Positions 58,162-64,000 of a stretch of 64,000 nt of DNA are shown in pieces. The DNA is from an uncultured Alphaproteobacteria bacterium. GTDB taxonomy: Bacteria; Pseudomonadota; Alphaproteobacteria; HIMB59; GCA-002718135. The DNA lies in NCBI GenBank assembly GCA_902628835.1, contig CACOPD010000001.1, forward strand, positions 297,347-361,346. Reading direction: 5' to 3'. The position numbers and the translations under genes were made by a program. Within the stretch, counting starts at the first letter, position 1. Each line of letters begins with the position of its first letter. The notes under the pieces were generated by a model. The model ran no database searches. It had not been told where the DNA came from and saw nothing but the letters and a program-made list of their open reading frames with translations.

Positions 58162-59460
58162 ATGATAAGTGGTATAATTACAAATGGTATCAATGGTGTA
58201 CCAAAGGTACCTGGAGATAAATCTATATCACATAGATCTATAATAATACCGTCCATTTCAAATGGTGTTTGTGAAATAAATAATATTTTAAAATCAGAAG
58301 ATGTTTTACATACTCTAAGTGCATTTAAAACTATGGGAGTTAAAATAGAAGAGTATGAAAATAAAATAATAATTCAAGGAAAAGGTTTAAACTCATTAAG
58401 TGCACCAAAAAATGAAATGTATCTAGGTAATTCTGGAACAAGTGCTAGGTTATTAACCGGTTTATTATCCTCGCAAAAATTTAATTCAGTTTTAACAGGT
58501 GACAAGTCATTATCTAGTAGACCCATGAAAAGGATTTCAGATCCTTTAAGTAGAATGAATGCAAAAATTAAAACAAATAATGGCTTTTTACCTATTTTAA
58601 TTGAAAGCAGTAATCTTAAACCTATTAATTTTGATTTAGAAATTCCATCAGCTCAAATTAAATCTGGATTATTACTAGCTGCTTTAAATACGAAAGGTGA
58701 AACAAATATAACAGAAACTAAAATTACAAGAGATCACACAGAAATAATGTTAGAATCATTTGGTGCAAATATAGATATACAAAAAATAGATAATAAAAAA
58801 TTAATAAAAATAATTGGGCAAAAAGAACTTTTATCAAATAATATTGATGTACCAAATGATCTTTCAAGTAGTGCTTTTTTCATAGTATCTGCTTTAATAA
58901 ACAAAAATTCAAATATAACTCTTAAGAATATAAATAATAATCCTACCAGGAATGGAATAATTTTAGCATTAAAAAAAATGGGCGCAAACATAAAATTAAT
59001 TAATAATAGAACAAGTAATAATGAAAATGTTTGTGATATTGAGGTTTCAAGTTCTAATTTACACGGGTGTGAACTAGGTCCTGAATTTGCTGATTTAATG
59101 ATTGACGAATATCCAATTCTATCAATTGCTGCATCATTCGCAGACTCCCCAAGCATATTTCGTGGTTTAAAAGAATTAAGAGTAAAAGAGAGTGATAGAT
59201 TAAAATTAATTTTATTAAATTTACAAAATTGTGGAGTTAATTGTAAATCTGAAAATAATGATTTATTTATATACCCTAAAGATAACTATCATATAAAAAA
59301 TAATTTTATACAAACTGATTTTGATCACCGTATAGCAATGGCATTCTGTGTAATGGGAACAAAAATAGGTCCTTTAAATATTAAAGATGCAAAATCAATT
59401 GATACAAGTTTTCCTACATTTATAGGTGAATTTAATAATATAGGTGGTAAAATTTTTTGA
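58162..59460 (+). CDS. aroA: 3-phosphoshikimate 1-carboxyvinyltransferase (EPSP synthase)
   Basis: PGDKSISHRS and LGNSGTSARLL motifs. 432 aa. Followed by cmk-rpsA. Confidence 0.9.
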   Translation: MISGIITNGINGVPKVPGDKSISHRSIIIPSISNGVCEINNILKSEDVLHTLSAFKTMGVKIEEYENKIIIQGKGLNSLSAPKNEMYLGNSGTSARLLTGLLSSQKFNSVLTGDKSLSSRPMKRISDPLSRMNAKIKTNNGFLPILIESSNLKPINFDLEIPSAQIKSGLLLAALNTKGETNITETKITRDHTEIMLESFGANIDIQKIDNKKLIKIIGQKELLSNNIDVPNDLSSSAFFIVSALINKNSNITLKNINNNPTRNGIILALKKMGANIKLINNRTSNNENVCDIEVSSSNLHGCELGPEFADLMIDEYPILSIAASFADSPSIFRGLKELRVKESDRLKLILLNLQNCGVNCKSENNDLFIYPKDNYHIKNNFIQTDFDHRIAMAFCVMGTKIGPLNIKDAKSIDTSFPTFIGEFNNIGGKIF

Positions 59461-60092
59461 AAAAAATAATTATAACTATTGATGGCCCTGCAGCATCTGG
59501 AAAAGAAAAGATTGCTAAATATATAAGTAAAAAATGGAAACTCAGTCATTTGGACTCTGGTATACTATACAGAAGATTAGCTTTAATTTTTTTTATCGAT
59601 AATGTCGAAATTAATAATGTTTATAAAATTAAAAAAAAATTAAAAGAAGTTAATAAAATTTCATTTAGGAACAGCAAAAAAATAAGGACACAGAATATAA
59701 GTAAATTAGCTTCAAAAATAGCTATTCATTCTTGTGTAAGAAGTTTTGTAAATAATTTGCAGTATAATTTTGTAAAAAAACATAGAAAGTTTCATGGTTT
59801 TGTAATTGATGGCAGAGACATTGGATCAGTAGTTTTCAAAAATGCTGATTTGAAACTATATATAGAGGTAAATCCAGAAATTAGAGCAAAAAGAAGATAT
59901 AAACAGTTGATTGATAGTGGTGAAAAGTCTATATACCCAAAAATTTTAAAGGATATTAAATTGAGAGATAGACGAGATAAAATAAGAAAAAACTCACCGT
60001 TGGTAATTCCAAAAGATGCTAATATTATAAATAATAATGGCACTTTCAAAAATACATGTATGCAAATAATTAAACTTTTAGAAAAATTTTAA
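59457..60092 (+). CDS. cmk: cytidylate kinase
   Basis: P-loop ITIDGPAASGKE. 211 aa. Conserved cmk-rpsA pair. Confidence 0.85.
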   Translation: MKKIIITIDGPAASGKEKIAKYISKKWKLSHLDSGILYRRLALIFFIDNVEINNVYKIKKKLKEVNKISFRNSKKIRTQNISKLASKIAIHSCVRSFVNNLQYNFVKKHRKFHGFVIDGRDIGSVVFKNADLKLYIEVNPEIRAKRRYKQLIDSGEKSIYPKILKDIKLRDRRDKIRKNSPLVIPKDANIINNNGTFKNTCMQIIKLLEKF

Positions 60093-60093
60093 T

Positions 60094-61794
60094 ATGAGCC
60101 AACAAACAACAAATAAAATATCTAACTCTGAATATGACACTCTCATAACTAACTCTCTAAAAAACTCTTCTGCAAAGGAAAAAAGTATTACTACAGGAAA
60201 AATTATCTCAATAGAAAATGATATTGTAACTATAGATGTAGGACTAAAGAGTGAAGGTCGTATTCCACTAAGTGAATTCTCAAGGCCAGGACATAAAACT
60301 GAAGTTGAGGTTGGAGATGAAACTGAAGTTTTCATTGAAAATGTAGATAATTCGAATGGTGAAACACTACTTTCTAGAGAAAAAGCAGTTAAACAAAAGG
60401 CTTGGCATGATCTTCAAAATAGTTTTAACGAAAATAAAGTTGTAACTGGTGTTCCATTCAATAGAGTTAAGGGTGGAATGAGTGTTGATCTTAGTGGTGT
60501 TGTAGCTTTTTTACCTGGGAGTCAAATTGAAACTAGACAAATCATCAAAGATACAAAAGAGTTATTAAATAAACCTTTAGAACTAATGATTTTGAAAATG
60601 GATAAGTATAGAGGAAACATTGTCGTTTCAAGAAAAGCTATAACTGAAAATGAACTTAAAGAACAAAGATCTGAACTTCTAAAAAATATAAAGGAAGGAT
60701 CGATTATTGAAGGAAAAGTAAAAAATATAACTGATTACGGCGCATTTATAGATTTAGGAGGTATTGACGGGCTTGTTCACGTTACGGATATATCATGGAC
60801 AAAAATTAATAATCCTTCAGACGTGCTTGAACTTAATTCTACAATTAAAATAAAAGTTTTAAAATTTGATGAAGAACTATCTAGATTAAGTCTGGGTATT
60901 AAGCAATTAACTGAAAATCCATGGGATAAAGTAACTCAGGAAATGAAAATTGATGATAAGGTATTATCCAAGGTAATAAGCATGAATGATAACAATGTTC
61001 ATGTGATTATAAATAACCAGTACGATGGTATCATTTCACTTAATGAACTTAGCTGGTTAAAAAAACCTCCTCACCCTTCTAAAATCGTTAATATAAATGA
61101 CGAAATTGAAGTTTTAATACTTGACATAGATGATGATAAAAAAAGAATAAATTGTAGCTTAAAACAAATGAAAGATAACCCATGGAAAAAACTTAATGAA
61201 AAATTTAGTATTAATGATACCTTTGAAACAGAAATTGTAAATATTGTTGATTTCGGTATTTTTGTTAAAGTAATAGATGAAATCGATGGAATGGTTCACA
61301 TTTCAGATTTGAGCTGGGAAGAAAAAGAGTGTGAAAAAATTATTAAAAATTTAAAAAAAGGTGACAATATAAAAGTAAAAATACTTGATATAAATGTAGA
61401 TAAAGAAAGAATTAGTCTAGGTGTTAAACACCTAAATAATGATCCAGTACAAGATTATATTGAAGCAAACCCAATTGACTCAAAGGTAACAGGAAAGATA
61501 ACAAACATTGATGATAAAGGTTTAAAGATTGAATTAGATAAAGAAAAACAAATATATGGGTATATCAAAAGGTCTAATTTATCTAACGATAAAAATGAAA
61601 ATAAAACTGACAGATTTGCAATAGACGAAAAAGTTGACTCTATAATTTTATCAATTGATACAAAAACTAGAAATATAAATCTGTCAATTAAAGAATTAGA
61701 AATTAAGGATGAAAAAGAAGCTCTGAATAAGTACGGATCAAGCGCCTCTGGAGCTTCGTTAGGTGATATTTTAGGATCAGTGTTAAAAAAATAG
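60094..61794 (+). CDS. rpsA: 30S ribosomal protein S1
   Basis: 566 aa with six S1-domain repeats (e.g. GKVKNITDYGAFIDLGGIDGLVHVTDISW). Confidence 0.95.
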   Translation: MSQQTTNKISNSEYDTLITNSLKNSSAKEKSITTGKIISIENDIVTIDVGLKSEGRIPLSEFSRPGHKTEVEVGDETEVFIENVDNSNGETLLSREKAVKQKAWHDLQNSFNENKVVTGVPFNRVKGGMSVDLSGVVAFLPGSQIETRQIIKDTKELLNKPLELMILKMDKYRGNIVVSRKAITENELKEQRSELLKNIKEGSIIEGKVKNITDYGAFIDLGGIDGLVHVTDISWTKINNPSDVLELNSTIKIKVLKFDEELSRLSLGIKQLTENPWDKVTQEMKIDDKVLSKVISMNDNNVHVIINNQYDGIISLNELSWLKKPPHPSKIVNINDEIEVLILDIDDDKKRINCSLKQMKDNPWKKLNEKFSINDTFETEIVNIVDFGIFVKVIDEIDGMVHISDLSWEEKECEKIIKNLKKGDNIKVKILDINVDKERISLGVKHLNNDPVQDYIEANPIDSKVTGKITNIDDKGLKIELDKEKQIYGYIKRSNLSNDKNENKTDRFAIDEKVDSIILSIDTKTRNINLSIKELEIKDEKEALNKYGSSASGASLGDILGSVLKK

Positions 61795-61799
61795 GATTA

Positions 61800-62108
61800 A
61801 TGTTAAAATCGCAAATCCTAGCAAAATTACATAAAAAACATAACAATTTAAGTACTCAAGATATTGAGGATCTATTTGAAATATTTATAAAAAAAATTTC
61901 AAACTCGTTAAAAGATGGTCAAAATATTGAAATAAGAGGATTTGGAACAATAAGTAGAAAGATTAATAAAGAAAAAATAGTAAGAAATCCAAAAACAAAT
62001 GAAAAATTATTTAAAAATAAAAGCTTCAAATTACATTTTAAAATTGGAAAGATATTGCATAGAAAAATAAATGGTTTTACTGATTCTCATATAGAAGATG
62101 AAGTCTAG
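61800..62108 (+). CDS. ihfB: integration host factor beta subunit
   Basis: HU/IHF fold motifs IEIRGFGT and RNPKTNE. 102 aa. Sits in the conserved position after rpsA. Confidence 0.85.
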   Translation: MLKSQILAKLHKKHNNLSTQDIEDLFEIFIKKISNSLKDGQNIEIRGFGTISRKINKEKIVRNPKTNEKLFKNKSFKLHFKIGKILHRKINGFTDSHIEDEV

Positions 62109-62781
62109 AAATATAATTGTAGCTTTAGACAGCAATAATTTAAATAAAACATTAGAATTGGTAAAAATCTTAAAAAAAGATGTTTACGCTTTTAAAATTG
62201 GTTACCAATTTTTTTATAACTTTGGTTTAGAGGGTTATAAAAAAGTTTATTCTATTTGCCCCAAAATATTTCTTGATTTAAAGTTACACGATATACCAAA
62301 TACAGTAGAGAAGGGATTGGAGGCTTTGATTAAATTGAAGCCTCTTTTCACTACAATTCATATATCTGGTGGTGATGATATGATGATTTCATCTAGAGCA
62401 AACAAAAAAAATACAAAGATTTTAGGTGTTTCAATTTTAACAAGTTTAAATAGAGATCAAACTAAAAAGTATTACAATCAAAAAAATGTATCAGCATTGG
62501 TAAAAAAATTTGCTCACTTGGCTAAAAAAAATAAACTTGACGGAGTTGTCTGCAGTCCTCAGGAAATAAAGCATATAAGAAAAGTAGTTGGGAAAAATTT
62601 TATAATTGTCACACCCGGTATTAGAATTAATAATAAATTAAAAAGTGATGATCAAAAAAGAGTTGAAACACCAGAGAAAGCTCTGAGTCTAGGAGCAAAT
62701 TATTTAGTCATAGGAAGACCTATAACTAAATCCAAAGACCCTCTAAAAACTCTTAAAGAAATTAATAAAACATTACTTTAA
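62098..62781 (+). CDS. pyrF: orotidine 5'-phosphate decarboxylase
   Basis: Active-site motif LDLKLHDIPNT. 227 aa. Confidence 0.9.
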   Translation: MKSRNIIVALDSNNLNKTLELVKILKKDVYAFKIGYQFFYNFGLEGYKKVYSICPKIFLDLKLHDIPNTVEKGLEALIKLKPLFTTIHISGGDDMMISSRANKKNTKILGVSILTSLNRDQTKKYYNQKNVSALVKKFAHLAKKNKLDGVVCSPQEIKHIRKVVGKNFIIVTPGIRINNKLKSDDQKRVETPEKALSLGANYLVIGRPITKSKDPLKTLKEINKTLL

Positions 62782-62783
62782 TA

Positions 62784-63413
62784 ATGATAATTAAAATTTG
62801 CGGAATACAAGATGAAGATACATTACTTTGCTGTGAAACTAACAGTGTAGATTTTTTTGGCATGATTTTTTATCCTAAAAGTCCAAGAAATATATCAATA
62901 AAACACGCAAGTAATTTACAAAAAAAATCTGAAAATTTAAATATTAATGGTGTGGGTATTTTTGTTAATAAAAATATTAATGAAATAGAAGATATAATAA
63001 AAAAAGTTAGATTGAGATACGTACAATTACATGGATCAGAGGATGAGGAATATATTAAAACTGTAAAAAAAATTGGAGTAAAAGTAATTAAATCAATATC
63101 TATCAGTAATAAAAATGACTTAAGAAATATTAATAAATACAATAGTGCAGATTTTTACTTGTTTGATTATAAGCCTGTGAAAGGTGAGTTACCTGGGGGA
63201 AATGCAAAAAGTTTTGATTGGGAAATATTAAAAAATTTCACGACTAACAAACCATGGTTTTTATCAGGAGGAATAAATATAAAAAATATTCAGGAAATTC
63301 TTAACGATATCGATCCATTTGGTATAGATTTATCCTCTGGAGTAGAAAAAGAACTTGGCATTAAAGATAATCACATTATAAATAATTTTATCGATAAATT
63401 AAAAAATGCTTAA
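62784..63413 (+). CDS. trpF: phosphoribosylanthranilate isomerase
   Basis: N-terminal IKICGI, 209-aa TIM-barrel size. Immediately followed by trpB. Confidence 0.85.
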   Translation: MIIKICGIQDEDTLLCCETNSVDFFGMIFYPKSPRNISIKHASNLQKKSENLNINGVGIFVNKNINEIEDIIKKVRLRYVQLHGSEDEEYIKTVKKIGVKVIKSISISNKNDLRNINKYNSADFYLFDYKPVKGELPGGNAKSFDWEILKNFTTNKPWFLSGGINIKNIQEILNDIDPFGIDLSSGVEKELGIKDNHIINNFIDKLKNA

Positions 63414-64000
63414 AAATACATATAAAAGTTATCCAAATGAAAAAGGTTACTTTGGTCAGTTTGGAGGAAGATATGTTTCGGAAACCTTAATGCCTTTGAT
63501 CCTTGAAGTAGAAAAAGAATATGAAAAAATTAAAAGTGATAAGAATTTTATTGATGAATTTAATCATTATTTAAAAACATATGTTGGTAGACCAAGCCCT
63601 CTTTTCTTTGCTGAAAGAATTAGTAATGATCTTGAAGGTCCAAAAATTTATTTCAAAAGAGATGAATTGAATCACACAGGCGCTCATAAAATTAATAATT
63701 GTATGGGGCAAATTCTCTTGGCAAGAAAAATGGGTAAATCAAGAATCATAGCTGAAACAGGAGCTGGTCAACACGGAGTAGCCACAGCAACTGTTTGTGC
63801 TCTATTTGGATTACCGTGTGTAGTCTATATGGGCGAGAAAGATATTGAAAGACAATCACCAAATGTTTTTAGAATGAAATTACTTGGTGCAGATATAAGA
63901 TCTGTTTCAACTGGATCAAAATCACTTAAAGATGCAATGAATGAAGCTCTGAGAGATTGGGTAACCAATGTTAAGGATACTTTTTACATAATAGGAACAG
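63406..64000 (+). CDS. trpB: tryptophan synthase beta chain, N-terminal part (runs off the right edge)
   Basis: Own translation from the ATG at 63406: [31 protein letters not shown]...[14 protein letters not shown], which contains the PLP-lysine motif. Overlaps the trpF stop by 8 nt. Confidence 0.9.
   Translation, partial: MLKNTYKSYPNEKGYFGQFGGRYVSETLMPLILEVEKEYEKIKSDKNFIDEFNHYLKTYVGRPSPLFFAERISNDLEGPKIYFKRDELNHTGAHKINNCMGQILLARKMGKSRIIAETGAGQHGVATATVCALFGLPCVVYMGEKDIERQSPNVFRMKLLGADIRSVSTGSKSLKDAMNEALRDWVTNVKDTFYIIGT

Noticed and set aside
1524-63142. About 30 short ORFs in the six-frame track lie inside or antisense to longer genes. Examples: 1524-1817, 6736-6996, 9186-9377, 12219-12401, 13220-13435, 14010-14207, 16047-16292, 17653-17883, 20909-21118, 23432-23680, 25072-25275, 27570-27821, 28521-28760, 30525-30740, 30902-31201, 33707-33892, 38079-38306, 41786-41989, 42876-43058, 47820-48098, 50214-50417, 52349-52845, 53385-53618, 54122-54340, 54971-55192, 56911-57120, 58734-59156, 59325-59549, 59792-60049, 60078-60335, 62870-63142.
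   Set aside because: Each is a shadow frame of a gene with clear family motifs on the other strand or in another frame. None shows a recognisable motif, and their composition is what AT-rich antisense frames produce. I cannot exclude an occasional real overlapping gene, but nothing supports one.
1-64000. CRISPR arrays, insertion sequences, prophage genes, restriction-modification systems, toxin-antitoxin pairs, and large repeats or duplications.
   Set aside because: I saw no spaced direct repeats, no transposase/integrase/phage-like or nuclease/methylase-pair ORFs, and no long duplicated segments. This rests on visual inspection and the ORF track only. Short or diverged repeats could have been missed.

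Overview
This 64-kb window looks like a core chromosomal segment of a very AT-rich, genome-streamlined alphaproteobacterium. Three things fit the SAR11/Pelagibacterales group: the gene content, the conserved gene strings (znuA/znuCB-zur, rpmH-rnpA-yidD-yidC, ffs-dnaX-ybaB-recR, infC-rpmI-rplT-pheST, kdsD-lptCAB, aroA-cmk-rpsA-ihfB) and the near absence of intergenic DNA. That taxonomic call is my inference, not a database hit. I can support 67 protein-coding genes, two of them cut by the window edges. I can also support one tRNA-Ser(GGA), one small 4.5S-type SRP RNA, a Zur-box operator and a few weaker candidate cis elements. The SRP RNA and rpmH are both missing from the ORF track. Three ORF-track starts (dnaX, rplT, cytochrome c) look over-extended and are corrected below. 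I see no rRNA, CRISPR array, transposase or integrase, prophage, toxin-antitoxin pair or recognisable defence system. Most of the window is ordinary housekeeping: translation, cell envelope, amino-acid biosynthesis and glutamate synthase. I do not find a convincing new multi-gene system. The best leads are: (1) a TPR plus SAM-methyltransferase protein of unknown function joined with zero spacer to a YejABEF-type importer operon; (2) a GT4 glycosyltransferase / 2-hydroxyacid dehydrogenase / orphan-protein module; (3) an isolated GC-rich element in the infC-rpmI spacer that may be a ribosomal-protein leader; (4) perfect inverted repeats in three of the few long spacers; (5) a truncated CCA-enzyme homologue; (6) an lpt locus that runs straight into aroA with no kdsC or rpoN module. 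All functional calls rest on motifs and architectures I recognise by eye in the supplied translations. No searches or computations were run.
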